Shown in pieces: positions 30,524-53,971 of a stretch of DNA of 64,000 bases. This DNA is from the human T2T-CHM13v2.0 reference genome, Homo sapiens: assembly GCF_009914755.1 (NCBI RefSeq), contig NC_060926.1, one strand, 5' to 3'. A program made the translations under genes and the position numbers. The number at the start of each line of letters is the position of its first letter. The stretch's first letter is position 1. The notes beneath the pieces were generated by a model. It made no database searches and was not told the DNA's origin. It worked only from the letters and a program-made list of their open reading frames with translations.

Positions 30524-30734
30524 ATTTGCGGCCTGGCCTCCTGGCACAAGGGATTCTGGAGGTTGTGGTTTCCGAACGGATCGAGACTGACACCTGAAGG
30601 ACGCGGCTTAACCGCTTAGCCCCTAGCGGGTCCTGTGGGTTTCCCGACGTCTCCTGGGCTGAAATGGAAGCGAGAAGTGATCGGGAACATTGTGCTGGCA
30701 GTTGGATCCGGCTGCACCGAGCGCCAGCCTTGAA

Positions 30735-31215
30735 ATAAGTAAAACCGATGCCCTTCCGCCCCTAACCTCAAAAGCTGCTTTTGCGTCTCGATGTTATTGA
30801 GAGCCGGCTCTGCGGTCAGCTCTGAGCTAGGCGCTGTGAGAACGCTCAGTAAGACAGTGTCTCGTCTGGAAATGTACAGGCGAGATTCAAACCGAGAAAC
30901 TGCCAAAGGTTGTGTGCAGGGCAGATCCTAGGATACCGGAGACCCAGCCCGTTGGCTTGACCTCAAAACTCGGGGGCTTTTCGGCCCATGCTGTCCCTTA
31001 ATTCCTCCTCCTTTGCTGACGCTGTGGGTGCGCATCAAAGCCTAAACTTCACTAGCTCCCTTGCACACAAGAACACTAACCCTAACCTGACCAGTTATTT
31101 ATTTTTCACTTCAAGATTCTTCCATTGATACTTACGTTTCCCTGATACCGTCCAAGTGCTGAGGGCGGGGATGGACTGTGTGATTTGCATCTGCCAAATG
31201 CAGAAAATTTGGAAG
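30735..31215 (+). other. Candidate divergent non-coding first exon (probably an upstream ANXA4 transcript; 5' end uncertain)
   Basis: Good donor GAAG|GTCAGT at 31215/31216 just past the CpG island. The ANXA4 assignment and the start coordinate rest on recalled locus annotation, not on sequence. Confidence 0.5.
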
Positions 31216-32109
31216 GTCAGTTGGTACACTTTTCCGACCTAGATTTCCTGATGGATGATGCTGAAGAGTGGCAAGTTGCTGCCAAAAACAAACAAAAAAA
31301 CCTACCATGATTTATTAATATTATTTTTCTAACCCCTGAATATGGGTTATTGTTCATCTCTGCCCGCTTTCCCCACTCCCTAGTGCTTGTCTCAGAATTT
31401 TTTTTTCAGCGGGTATTTGAGTAGAGAAGGGTGTCCCAGGGAAAAAAATGGTTCTTGCTTTCTCTAATCTGAATATTGAGCTGAGCTGTGACTGGGTTAA
31501 CAGTAGCGTTTGTTGTTGCTGCTGCTGCAGCTTGTTTCAAGTAGTGCCATTGTAATTAAACTCCGTGAAGAGATAGCATCTTTTCTTCCGGAGAGAGTCA
31601 GTGTTGTCACCTCAGTTCACGAATTCATGTAGCCACCTCCAGGGTGAAATGCAGCCCCTATTCCCTCAAACTAAGCCCACGAAGGCATGTTCTCTGCACT
31701 TTCCTTAAAAGGCCAGATTTTTGTCTGAGGAAGTTTGAAGCAGATCTTAAAATAGATGAGAAAGCTCATTTGGAATTAGACTCATTGACCCCCATTTCTC
31801 TCAGCACTTATTTGTCTTGACTGACTTTTTTAAACAAGCTGTGCTAGGTCCTAAAATCAATCTGATGCTATCTCAGTTTTTACCTTTCTAGACTTCTCTG
31901 GTACCAGACTAGTCCAGGCTTACACAAATCTCAAGTCTTACTTCAGTGATACAAAAACTCCCAATATGCTTAAGATAGCTAACATGCATTTATTTAACAC
32001 CCACGTGAATGCTCTGATCAGAAGCTGAGGGAAGAGGTTTAAAAAACAAAAAACATGACTAGATTCCTTGCCCTCCATTCCCTCACAGACTAATAGCAAT
32101 TATAATGAC

Positions 32110-32320
32110 AAATCCACAGTTTTTCATGCTTTACATATATTAAGTATATAATGCTCACAACCACCCTATGAAGTAAAGTACCATTATTATACTCATTTTA
32201 TAGGTGGGTAAGTAAAGCAAAGAGATTAGTGACTTGCCCAAAGTCACACAGTAAATAGCAAAGCCAGGATTCAAACCCAAACATTTTAGTTTCAAAGCCC
32301 AGTTCTTACCTGGCTATACT
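32110..32320. mobile_element. MIR
   Basis: Core gtgacttgcccaaagtcacacag...gccaggattcaaaccca. Confidence 0.8.
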
Positions 32321-32894
32321 AAACTGTCTACTTAGAGAGAGCAAACATTAACTGATTAAAAGACTCGTGAATAGTTAGAAACCCACGCACAAGCAGCATA
32401 GGACCAGGAGACAGGAAACCTCTTGCCACTTCATAGCTGGGATCCTAGACCACTTGTGTCACTGGGCTTATTATCTCAGCTATAAAACCAGAGCTCTTAC
32501 AACTCTTAGTAATTTTTTAGTTCCTGAGTACAAAATAATGAACAGATCAGCCACTATAATCTCAAAACTATCACACTTTCTGTATAATTTGTCCCATGCT
32601 GCTTTGCATTCCTGTTCAACTTTTAATGTATATTGCTGTCTCAACCAAACACCTCAAAGCCAGAGAACCATCTTCTACTTATCTCCTTGGGCATCCAGTA
32701 TAATAGTTTACATAGAGTGTGTTCTTAGCAGTACTTAAAGTAAATAATTTACTTTAAATGTGACACAAAACAGAGCTATCTGATTAAGGTGGAAAGATTG
32801 ATTTGAAGTATCCTAGATGAATTTTGAACTAGGTGTGGAAGATGCTATGGGTAAATAGTCAAAGGGAGTGGGAAAAGAAAGTGCCATTTACTAT

Positions 32895-33626
32895 TGTTAC
32901 AATAGTGATCATATGACCGATGGAACAGACTCTTTGAGGCAATAAGATGCCAAATTATAAACAAGACCTAAGGCTGTGTCAGGCAAGGGTTAAGTCACAC
33001 ATCCCTACACTTGAAGAGTAAACCATCTTCTAACTGCCACAAGGTTTTTCTTTTTCTCTGGTAGCTAAATAGACACTGGCCTGGAGATAAGCAATATTGA
33101 ATCAATTGTAGCTCACTGACCACTAGATGCTGACTAACTGTATCCCCCCAACCCCTGTTCCACAAACCATAACTATTTCTTTGATTGGACAAGAGACTGA
33201 TTTCAGTAACATCCTAGTAAGAGACTACCAACCACAGACTGGTTCTGGCTGGTTTTCAGAGGCTGTGCACTGAGTGTCTTCATGTCCTTTGCTTCACCTA
33301 ATTGTAATGCATTTAAATGTTAAATCTCCACCCCAAAGAGAACATAGGACATATGTAACATGCATGTTTGCTCACTATGCATGCATGTGCTGCCCCCCGC
33401 TTTGTGAATAATCAAAGCTCCTGTAACTTAAGTGTGTATTCTTAGCCAACTCATTTGGCATAAATTTGTGTTCCACTTTTTCCTCCCTCTAAATACCTGC
33501 TTTCAGTCTCTGCCAGAGTCTACACTTCCCAGCCTGTCAGGATCACCAGCCTGCAGGCTGCAACCCTTTATAAAAAGTAAAGCTCCCCTCTCCAAATTTA
33601 TAAACCTTGGGATTCTTCAGTTAACA
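32895..33626 (+). mobile_element. ERV1 (MER4-group-like) solo LTR, family not assigned
   Basis: Termini TGTTA...TAACA with 4-bp TSD CTAT (32891-32894 / 33627-33630). AGTAAA poly(A)-like signal near the 3' end. Confidence 0.8.
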
Positions 33627-33694
33627 CTATGTATCTTCCATATGCCAGTTATGGAATTTAAAAAATATATATATATTGTTTTATTGTTTTATTT

Positions 33695-34168
<474 letters not shown>

Positions 34169-34854
34169 TGATATTATTTTATTTAATCTTCATGGTTGCC
34201 TACAAAGTAGACAGTATTATCTATTTTATCAAAGAAAATACTGTTACACTATTATTCCCAATTTTATAGATGAACAATGAAGATTTTGTTAGTAGCAGAT
34301 GAACATGTATGGTTTGTTAAGTTTGAAGGAAATGATTTGACCTGTGGTACACCTAAATCATGTTACCATAAACCCAGTGTGCTGTATCTTTGAGGAAATC
34401 AAAGGAAAGGGGACCACCATTAATTAAAATCCTTAACTGAGTCAAGCACTATGTTGGGTATTTAATCATACCATTTAACCCTCACAATACATCTATGAAG
34501 TGTGCATTACTTTTATTGGTGTGGAAACAGAGGCTGAGCAGGATTAGAGTCTGTCAACTATTTCTACAAAACATCTTAAAAAGGGCAGAGCCAAGACTGA
34601 CCTCAAAACCCACATCATTTTCATTACACCATATGGGCTTTCTATGTTGCCGTCTTTTAGCGAAGTGGAACTTGTTAGAAATGCAAATTTTGGGGCCCCA
34701 TCCAGACCTACTGAGTAAGAGGGAGGGGCAGAGGCAGCAGTTTCTGTTCACAAACCTTTCAGGTAATTCTAATACACATTCAAGTTTGAGAACCACTGTT
34801 TAGCAGAAGCGAACTTGTAAGAACCATGTCCTTTTTAAAAAAATGACAGTTCTT

Positions 34855-35498
34855 GCCCAGGCATGCTGGCTCATGCCCGTAATCCCAACACTTTGGGAGG
34901 CCGAGGCAGGTGGATCACTTGAGGTCAGGACTTCAAGACCAGCCTGGCCAACATGGTGAAACCCCGTCTCTATTAAAAATACAAAAATTAGCCGGGCATG
35001 GTGGCATGCACCTGTAATACCAGCTCGGGAGGCTGAGGCATGAGAATCACTTTAACCCAGGAGGCGGAGCTTGCAGTGAGCCGAGAGTGCACCACTGCAC
35101 TCCATCTGGGGAGACAGAGTAAGACTCAGTCTCAAAAAAAAAAAAAAAAAAAAAAGACGTTTCTTGATTTTTTTAATTTTTAATTTTCTTTCTTTCTTTT
35201 TTTTTTTTTTTTTTTTGAGATGGAGTTTTGCTCTGTTACCCAGGCTGGAGTGCAATGGCACAATCTTGGCTCACCGCAACCTCCGCCTCCCAGGTTCAAG
35301 CGATTCTCCTGCCTCAGCCTTCCTGAGTAGCAGGGATTACAGGCATGTGCCACCACGCCTAGCTAATTTTGCATTTTTAGTAGAGATGGGGTTTCTCCAT
35401 GTTGGTCAGGCTGGTCTCGAGCTCTCAACCTCAGGTGATCTGCCCACCTCAGCCTCCCAAAGTGCTGGGATTACAGGTGTGAGCCACCGCGCCCAGCC
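34855..35498. mobile_element. Tail-to-tail inverted AluS pair
   Basis: Plus Alu 34855-35155 and minus Alu ~35190-35498. Confidence 0.9.
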
Positions 35499-35873
35499 TA
35501 ATTTTCTCTTTTAAACTGAGCCTTGTCTTCTTATTTTCCAGTTGATTTTGGTTTTGGATTTTGTTTAAGAAAGTAATTATGTGCTCATTGAAGAAAGTAG
35601 ATAGAAGAAAATAAAAATCAGCTATAATTCTACCACTCAGCGATAATTGCTATTGACATTTTGATCAATTTCCTTTTAGCATGTTTCCATATATAAGTAC
35701 CTTTTTTACTATATTAGATCACATTATATATTTATATTTTATTTTTTTCATTCCATAGTTTCCTATTTCATTGTATATTCTCTAAAAATATTCTTTTAGT
35801 AGTTGCTTAGTAATCAGTGCTTTACTGTCAAATGTTTTATTTTTAAATGTTACTTTTTATATGATTAGAATGA

Positions 35874-37062
<1,189 letters not shown>

Positions 37063-37797
37063 CTAGAGCTTTTGATCTTAAAAGAAGGCATTAAATCCTA
37101 AGTATTTCCATACCCTTGCCAGCACTGAGTTTGTGCAGTTTAAAAAGAAATCCATTTCATTTTGTTAGGTAGGAATGGTGTTTTTTGTTGTCATTGTTTA
37201 AATTAGTGAGGCTGAACAATTTTTCTTGTTCATTTATTTATTCATCAGTTGTTTATTAAGAATCTGTTATATACCAAAACAATGCTAGGCACTGGAAATA
37301 TGATAAAGAAGATGGACATGTGTTTTCCTTCACAGAGTTTATAATGTAGTAATTATTGGTTGTGTATATTTCTTCATTTCTAAATTGTATCCTCTTCCAT
37401 TTTTCCATTGGAGCATTTATTTTTAAGAATTGATTTGAGAGTGTTCCTTTATTCAATCAGTATGTAGTGAACTACCATGTACTAAACAATATGGTGCAAA
37501 ACAAACAGATGAGGAAAAGAACAGGTGAGGATGTTAGCCAGGCATGGTTCCATGTGCCTAGAGTCCTACCCACTTGGGAGAATGAGGCGAGAGGATTGCT
37601 TCAGCCCAGGAACTTGAGGTTGCAGTAAACTATGATCACACCACTGCACTCCACCCTAGGGGACAGAGCAAGACGTATTTTTGTTTTCTTAGAGATTTTC
37701 ATTACCTTGTCTAGTTTCTTTTGATTCTTACTTGCCTTACTGCCAGCTCTTCCTTTTTACCTCAATCTGTATACTTCATATATTACCTGTTTTTTAG

Positions 37798-38614
<817 letters not shown>

Positions 38615-38885
38615 TCTTCCTCATCTTGAGTGCTGTGTTTTCTTTTTATATGCTGTAGAATCTTCTCATAAACCTATGAGGTGGTTGTAATTTTTTTCTG
38701 TTTACTCATCCTTAGATGAGCAGTGTTGCTATGAGTCAATCTTTTTCTTTTAAAGACTTTTAATAGGTTGTTGGGAGAAGCTTAGGGATCTCTAGTCAGA
38801 TGACTTCTTAAATTAGAACTTAAGACTTTTCATTTTGAAAACCGGTTGTGCTGACTGGAATGGGCACATTAAAGAATTGAACTAA

Positions 38886-39175
38886 GGCTGGGCGCGGTGG
38901 CTCATACCTGTAATCCCAGCACTTTGGGAGGCTGAGGCAGGCAGATCACGTGAGGTCAGGCTTTCGAGACCAGTCTGGCCAACAAAGCGAAAACCCGTCT
39001 CTACTAAAAATACAAAAATTAGTCAGGCATGGTGGCAGGTGCCTGTAATCCCAGCTACTCAGGAGGCTGAGGCAGGAGAATCAGTTGAACCCAGGATGCG
39101 GAGGTTGTGGTGAACCCAGACAGCGCCACTGCACCCCAGCCTGGGCGACAGAGCAAGATTTCGTCCCCCACAAAA
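38886..39175 (+). mobile_element. AluS
   Basis: Full dimer. Confidence 0.88.
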
Positions 39176-39306
39176 AGGAAAGAATTTAGCTAAGACGTCT
39201 TTGTTATACTTGACATAAAATATAGAGTGGGGTTCCTGAAATGGTCAGGGAATATTCCTGGCCTAACCTTAGTGAGACATGTATTCTTAAGATCTTTCTC
39301 CCTTAG

Positions 39307-39591
39307 TTCACAGCCTCTTAGTTGGATGCCCCTGTGTCACAGAACACATTTTGGCTATGGGGTGTGATCTGTGTCTGAGGAACAACAAGAAGCTACACGT
39401 CATCCACACAGGAGCCAAATCTGGAACTCTGGTCTCAGTTCTTCAGGACTATTTGAGCGAATAATCACTCAACACTGGAGTAAAGGATGTTCTACTAGAA
39501 GTCTTATTCTGACTCCTAAAACCACGCTACCGAAAGTGTTGATCCACAAACCAGTGCCAGTGCTTGAACTTTGTTACTGGTCCACAGTTAG
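39307..39591 (+). other. Candidate 285-nt non-coding internal exon of the divergent (ANXA4-direction) transcript
   Basis: Acceptor tctttctcccttag| at 39306 and consensus donor TAG|GTAAGT at 39591/39592. Confidence 0.55.
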
Positions 39592-40084
39592 GTAAGTACA
39601 GAAATGGAGAATAAATGTGAAGTATGCGTAAATGATATATGATTTACAGTCCAATTGAGATGCTTCAGGAGTGAAAGTGGGGACAATGAAAATTATGCTA
39701 GGACAAAAATCATTAACTGGACTGTCCAGGTAAACTGGAACATATACTCACCTCATCCTTAGATTTCACTAGCAGTAGAGTCCTGGGGACACAGGAACCA
39801 AATGCCCTCCTGCATTTCTCCATTCCTGAGAGGAAAATACCCTAATTCCTGAATCCCAGCCTCCACATACTTCTTAGGATAGCCTAGCAATTACCCCTGG
39901 GCCCCTTGTGACACCATTTCCTAAACCAGCCCTGGAAACTCACTTATGATTGGACACTATGTCTTGCCCTCTTGCCTAAGCTGAGAACTCTTAAAAATGA
40001 CTGTCTTTCCCCTAGAGGGTATTTTGGAGGGCCAGGCACCAGTCCTTAGCCATGCCTCCTTGTGAAGTTTTAAAATATGATGCT

Positions 40085-42485
<2,401 letters not shown>

Positions 42486-42715
42486 AAATATATATACGTA
42501 TATATATATATACACACACATATATATGTATATATGTATATATATACGTATATACATATATACGTATATATATGTATATACGTATATATATACATATATG
42601 TATATATATGTATATATGTATATATATGTGTATATATATGTGTATATATGTGTATATATATGTGTATATATGTGTATATATATGTATATATATATGTGTG
42701 TGTATATATATATAT
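42486..42715. repeat. (TA)n/(TATG)n microsatellite at the L1 tail
   Basis: Seen directly in the sequence. Confidence 0.95.
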
Positions 42716-42824
42716 GATACTTGGTCATAACCGCTGAACTACTGAATACAGTATTGACCCCAGTTCATTAGAAACTTCAGAGTTTAGTGCTTCTCTGCAC
42801 ATATTTTCCAAATACAGTAGTTCC

Positions 42825-43622
<798 letters not shown>

Positions 43623-44389
43623 TAGAAATTTTCATCACAACTCTAAATAATTACAAAGGATATTTCTGGCATCTTATAAATACTGATATTATAAAATAAA
43701 ACTTACATTACTATTTTTAATGTACGCAATGGAGACTAAATACCACATATTCGATGGACTATATTCACCATCATCCTACTTATTCTCCAACAGTTAGAAA
43801 TTTCACATTATTGCTTTTTCTTCTAGAACATATATTTTTGCCTCCCCAAATATTTTATTCTAAAGTAATAATTTTATGCTGGGAATTCATTTATTGATTT
43901 TATATTATAATTCTCTACAACAACATATGGATATACATGTAAATTTAAGCTTTTAACTTCCTGTGAGTATAAGTCTCTAAGTGTTAAAATTTTTCTTCTG
44001 GATTGATTTATGCTACTTATTAACTTTATACAATTGATTAGAACAGTATATGTATAATACAAATTTTGATAAACACAAAAAATAAAAATATATTGGAAAT
44101 GCATTTATTCACAAGATGAATGGGGATTTAAAAATTTTTGTTCACTAATTCTATCAATTCCATGCCTATTTAAAAATTTTTTATAGATATAAGCATTGGG
44201 GAAACTTGTTCAATATATAAGTGGATGAGGCTTGAAGAAGTTCCCTTTAATACTATTACTTTTTTCTTTGCACTCCTGAAATATACGCAAAAATACTCAA
44301 AGGTTTTATTCTCAAAAATTATTCTTAATAATGTATCAACTTTAACTTGAACGATCCTCTTTAAATTCTGTCAAAAGCAAAAAAAAATA

Positions 44390-45270
<881 letters not shown>

Positions 45271-46599
45271 ACTTTAAATTTATTTTTGTCAAACCTGAGG
45301 AGATGCAGGTTTTGCTCATTTAATTTATGAAAATGTATCTAGTTAGTAAAGTCAGTCCTATTTGTGAAACAAACGAGGTAAATCAGAGTTACTTTGTGAA
45401 AAAAAGTCTAACTTCTTTTTTGTCTAAGCTCATTTTCAATACAAATATGTGTTCATATATGTTTCAAGAAAGATTATAAACCATTGGGAAATAAATTAGA
45501 GATAGCATCTAGAAACATTAGTAAAGACAAGACGAAAGTTAGACTGCTCTAGTGTAATTGGCTTCTCCACTTTATGTTATAAACCAAGATGAAAAGAATA
45601 TGCTATTTATTACTTATTTTGAAACAATGCACTAAAATGTGTCACTAAAGTTACAAGTAAGTCATTAAGTGAGCAGTATGATTAAAGGCATTGTATGCTT
45701 CTCTTATTTATTTGTTTATTATCTCTTCTTTTAGAGAGAAGGGTCTCATTCTGTTGCCTAGGCTGGAGTGCAGTGGTGTGATCAATAGCTCACTGCAACC
45801 TTGAACTTCTGGGCTCAAGTGATGCTTTTGTTACTATGTATGGCATGTGTCAAATACAAGTATTTGGCTTTCAGAATAGTTAAGTAAGAATCATGTATAG
45901 AAATCAGCAATAGAGCAGGGCATGGTGGCTCACGCCTGTAATCCTAGCTCTTTGGGAGGCTGTAGCAGGAGGATTGCTTGAGGCCAGGAGCTTGAGACCA
46001 GTCTGGGCAACATGATGAGACTTTAAATGTAGAGCTTTCGTGCTTGCAAGAAAGAAATGTGAGTTTGCAGGTGACAGAAAGGAAGCAGGTCTTGAAATCA
46101 GAGGGAAAAGATTCCAGCTACCATTGCAATTGCTGGTGGCAGTGGGGGCTGGGGAGAAAATGTCATAAGTCAAGAACTTGGATTTTAAGGCATACCTAGG
46201 AATGAAGCACCTTAGTCCTGGGCCTGGTACAGACAGATAATCCTGTGTGAAGCTGGAACTCTCAAAGAGTGGCACCCTCAGTGAAAGGACACATAGCAAA
46301 AAATCTACTCACCAGCCCAGAGAGGTGACAAGAAAATACATATTTTCTTGTCTATCTGTGTGTATGCATGTATGCACATATGTATGTATGTATGTATTTC
46401 TTGTCTGTCTTTATATATGCAGAAGAAAGAGTTAGAAAAAAGAATTTCTGCAGAGTCATTAAAAACCCAGACCTGCTTTTCACATTGCTTTTGACTTTGC
46501 TTAATACTCTCTTTGTGGTCAAGAAACACTTAAATTAAGAAGTTAACATAAAAATTGATTCTGGGCCAATGGTAAACCCTAGAGGCACTTACAGGAGCA

Positions 46600-47640
46600 A
46601 ACGTAAAATCACTCTGGATACTCCTTCAACCAAGGTCACATGAAGGTCTCATAGACTAAAACAAATCAATGTAAAACAGAGTTCATAGAAAAACAGCGTA
46701 AAACACAAGAAAAAAATCACCCATAAGCTCAGTTAAGAGAACAAAACAAGAGCACTGGAGCCTTAAAATCCTGAAACATTAGACTAACATTCTAAAAGGT
46801 GATGTAAAATAAGTATTGTTTAAAATAATTACAAATGAAATAAGAAATCAAAACCCTATGATTAGGAAAAAGAGTGTATGAAGAAACAACAGATAAATCT
46901 AGAGAACTACCAAAGGGAAATTTTAGAAATGAAAGACATAATCACCAAAATTTAAAGCAAATGGTTAAATAGCAGATAATACACAATTAAAGAGAAAGAA
47001 CCAATTAACTAGAAGTTAAAGCTGAGGCTATTTGCCAGAAGGGAGGGAGGGAGAGAGAGAGAGAGAGAGAGAGAATATGAGTGAAAAGTTGAGATATGGA
47101 AGATAGGAACATACTCAAAATAGAAGGGAGAGATAAGAGAGATAATAGAAGGGAGGGGGAAGATGACAATGGCTGAGAATGTCCAGGACTGAAAAAAGAT
47201 GTAACTCTTCAGATTCCAGAAGCATAAGTCCTAAAAGCATAGAGAAAAGCAAATCCACATATAGCTACATTTACTGACAAAGACATACAGACGGACTTAA
47301 GAACTCAAAGAGAGGAAATATAGATTACTCACAAGAAAACAGCAATTAGACAGAAGACTTCTCATGACAACAATACAGGCCAGAAACAAAGGATTAATAT
47401 CTTCAAAGTGGGTAGGAAAATATAAAAATAAATCTAGAATTCTGTACCCAGTTAAGCATACTTGAAGCATAAGATGAAATAAAGGAAGCTTCAGACAAAA
47501 AAAAAAAAAAAAGCTGAGAAAATTTAAACTCATAGACCTTTCCTAAAGGAGCTACTAAAATTTGTATTTCAGAAAGAAGAAAATCAAACTCAGGAAGAAA
47601 TGCAATGCAAGAAACTATTATTAAATGAAAAAGAGTAATT
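46600..47640 (+). mobile_element. Old L1M ORF1-region fragment
   Basis: A-rich, with motifs gaaatgaaa..ataat..aaattta, gcaattagacagaagacttctca and ctagaattctgtacccagttaa. Confidence 0.55.
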
Positions 47641-48244
47641 AGGCACAGTGGCTCATTCCTGTAATCTCAGCACTTTGGGAGGCTGAGGAAGGAGGATTGC
47701 TTGAGCCCAGGAGTTCAAGACCACCCTGTGCAAGATGATGAGACCCCAGATCTACCGAAAAAAAAAATGCAGTGAGCTGTGATTACAGTGAGCTATGATC
47801 TTGTCACTGCACTCCAGCCTGGGTGACAGAGTAAGTCCCGATCTCAAAATTTTTTTAAATCTCACAAGGACAAGGGAAGAAGAGAGAAAAAATAATAAGA
47901 GTTTGGAACCTGGAAAGCACGTGGACAGGTGATAACTGACTTAGCAGACCTGAGAAAGCTGACTTTCAAACCAGTAGTAGGGAAAACCAAGAAGCAACAT
48001 GACAGTAGGATTTCTCGGGGTAAGAGAGTTTTTTTTGCACTGGATACGTCTGAAAGTGGGTGTGTAGGTGAGACTAAACCCAGGACGATTTCTTGTAAGT
48101 CTGTACAAGAAGCAGTCAGCATCCCCAATACTGCACAGCGGCCACTGTCCCTCTTCCACGAGGGTGGATGATTGGAAGCATGTTCTCTGAAGAATCATGC
48201 AGTGGCTCTCTGGAATGGGGACACCAGATGTAGTCGAGGTGTTC

Positions 48245-48760
48245 TGGCTATCTAAGGTTGCCTAAAAAACCACCCCAACACTTGAAGGTTACATAAAACA
48301 GTGACCATTATATCTCATGATTTTGTGGGTCTGAATTTGAACTGAGCAATTCTTCTGTCCCACCTGGCATCAAGAAAGGTCACTTGGTGTTATCCAGCTG
48401 GCAGATGGACCAGTCTGGAGAACTCACATATTGGGTACCATGATAAGAAGAGCTGGAAGGTTGGTCTCAACTGGCACTGTCAACTAGAGCATCTACACAT
48501 GCCCCTTCACATGGCAGGCTCAGGGTCAGATTTCCTTCATGGAGGCTCAGGGTTTCCAGAAAGGATACTCCAAGACATCCAGGCAGAAGTTACAAGCCTT
48601 CCTATGCACGCTTGGAAGCTGTTGAACATTATTTCTGTTGCATTCTATAAATCATGCCAGTCACTAGGGCCAGTCTAGATTTAAGGCAAGGGGATTAGGC
48701 TCCATCCCTGAGTGGGGAGGGGTGGGAGGGTGCAAAGAATTTGCAGCCATCTTTCATCAA
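48245..48760 (-). mobile_element. MLT1 (H/I/J-like) LTR
   Basis: aaaccaccccaa...tatctcatgattttgtgggtc...gtcactagggccagtctagatttaagg...gaatttgcagccatcttt. Confidence 0.65.
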
Positions 48761-49074
48761 GGCCATGAGATTAACACAAGACTAGGGCTACTGTACTGAA
48801 ATTGAAGAGCCATATGAAACTTAAGATGATGTCTACTGAGCTGCTTGGTATTCTTCCTGCTTGGCTCCTAGAACTCTGGCAGCCAGGTTCAAACTCACCA
48901 GGATGGAGAATTTGGAATACTTTTCTTTGGGGACTCTAAGAGGAAAGACCTGAAGAGATGTAATCATTTATGCAATGAAACTGGAGCAACCTGTTGGTAA
49001 ACTCACCCTTGTCAAGCCCCACCCACTTACACACGCACTCAGGGCTTCCAGGCAGCTTTGTAGACCTCACTCTT

Positions 49075-49620
<546 letters not shown>

Positions 49621-50933
49621 ACTTACATAAGAGCAGAGCCAAAGGTCATCACAATATAAGGGAAGGATCTGACAATAAAGATAGAATCCAAAACACGCTA
49701 ACAGAGAAAATGAAATGAGGAAGAAAAAGACTATGGGGAGAAGAAAACTTTGAGAAATCTACTATTGAGCTTCTCTGAGAAAGATCAGAAATGCTGGGCA
49801 TGGTGACACAAGACTGTAGTCCCTGCTTCTCCACAGGCTAAGGTAGGAGGATTGCTTGAGCCCAGTTTGAGGTTGTAGTGTGCTATTATCATGCCTGTGA
49901 ACAGCCACTGCACTCTAGCCTGGGTGACATAGAGAGACCCTGTGTCAATAAAAAAAGAATACTCTAAAAAATGAACACTCAGAGAACCAAATGGAGTTCT
50001 TTTAAATTAAAAATCTGATAGCAAAAATGAAAAACTCAGTAGAATGTTAAGAAGATAAAGTTAGAAATTATCCTAGAATGCATAGGCAAAAGGCAAAGAG
50101 AAGGGAAAGAAATAAGAAAGGTTAAGATTAGAAAGCCAGCCCTGGACATCTGGGAAACAGGGGAAGAAATGAATTAAATAATTCAATTATATATTTTGAG
50201 AACTAAAGAGCATGAATTTCCACATTGAAAGTGCTGAGTACAGTGCAATGGACAAAACCAGAACCACACCAGGGCACGTTGTGATATGGAAGACTGAGGA
50301 CATAGAGAAGATCTTACAAGTGCCTAGGAGGAAATGAAGTTTCACTTAAAGAATCCAGAATGAGAATGGCATCTGATTTCTCAGTAGCAACACATGAAAC
50401 TGAAAGACAATGGAATAATGTCTTTAAAATCTGAGGGAAAATAACTTCCAACATAGATTCTCATACCCATCCAAATGTAGTAGTAAAGCGTGGGGGTAAA
50501 TGTATTTCAGACATGTACAATTTCAAAATATTTATCTTCCATGTACCTTTTTTCAAGAAGCTTTCAGAGGGTGAAAGCTTTTCCACCAAAATAAGGACAT
50601 AAATCAAGAAAGCTTTTGTGTGTGTGTTTTTTTAAATGAATAGCAAAATGAACAACTAAAAATTGAATGGTGGGGAAGGGTAATAAGCTAACACTATAGT
50701 TACAGCTTTCTAAAGTACTTTCTAGAGTACACCTAACATTTACTTACTATGTGCACTTACTATGTGCCAGTCATTATTCTAGGTGATTCACATCAATGGT
50801 ATCAATCAGTTAATCTTCACAACAGCTATATCAGTTACATTCTTGCATAGAATACGTGTCAGTAAGTATTACTATTGACGGTATACAATTGTTATTAATT
50901 CAACAAGTCACATTAAACTTCCTGCAGCAGACT

Positions 50934-51845
<912 letters not shown>

Positions 51846-51999
51846 TTCCAGATAAAAGTGAGTTTTAGCCTAGACTTCTGAATCTCCTATCCCTATACTC
51901 ATTTAAATAGCCCAAGGCATGTAAAGAGGGGAATTTTTATCCTTAGTGGCAAGTCTCCTTTCTGATACTGTAGCTGAATCCAAAGCTTGTAGACACAAG

Positions 52000-53630
<1,631 letters not shown>

Positions 53631-53637
53631 GAAAGAG

Positions 53638-53755
53638 ATCCTTTTGTAGTTCATGGGCATAATGATTGGTATTCACGCACATGTGTGAGATGTGCCACAC
53701 TCAAACCTTGTTATGACCTCGGCACATTACCCATCTGACCTGAAAAAAAAAAAAA
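53638..53755 (+). pseudogene. Retroposed U13 (SNORD13) snoRNA copy with poly(A) tail
   Basis: ATCCTTTTGTAGTTCATG...TGTGTGAGATGTGCCAC...AACCTTGTTA...GGCACATTACCCATCTGACC matches full-length U13 with several substitutions. Followed by TG and A13. Confidence 0.9.
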
Positions 53756-53971
53756 GGAAAGAAAAATAAAAGTCCCATAAAAGTGTTATAGACTGATTCA
53801 GTCCGATGTACAAAATACTCTGGCCTATCTGTAGAGAACTGGACAGGATATCCTGTGATGTGATGTATGGGGATGCTGTGGCAACATTTATGTCAGTTCT
53901 TCTCTCTCTTTTTTGTCTCTTTTGTCCTTTTCTTCTCCTCTCCACATAGCATGTGATCTATTCTTTATTAT

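Noticed and set aside
29630-30549. Long ORFs (279, 211, 115 and 111 aa) over the CpG island
   Set aside because: Pro/Arg/Gly/Ala-rich and overlapping on both strands, as expected from stop-codon scarcity in GC-rich DNA. No recognisable protein.
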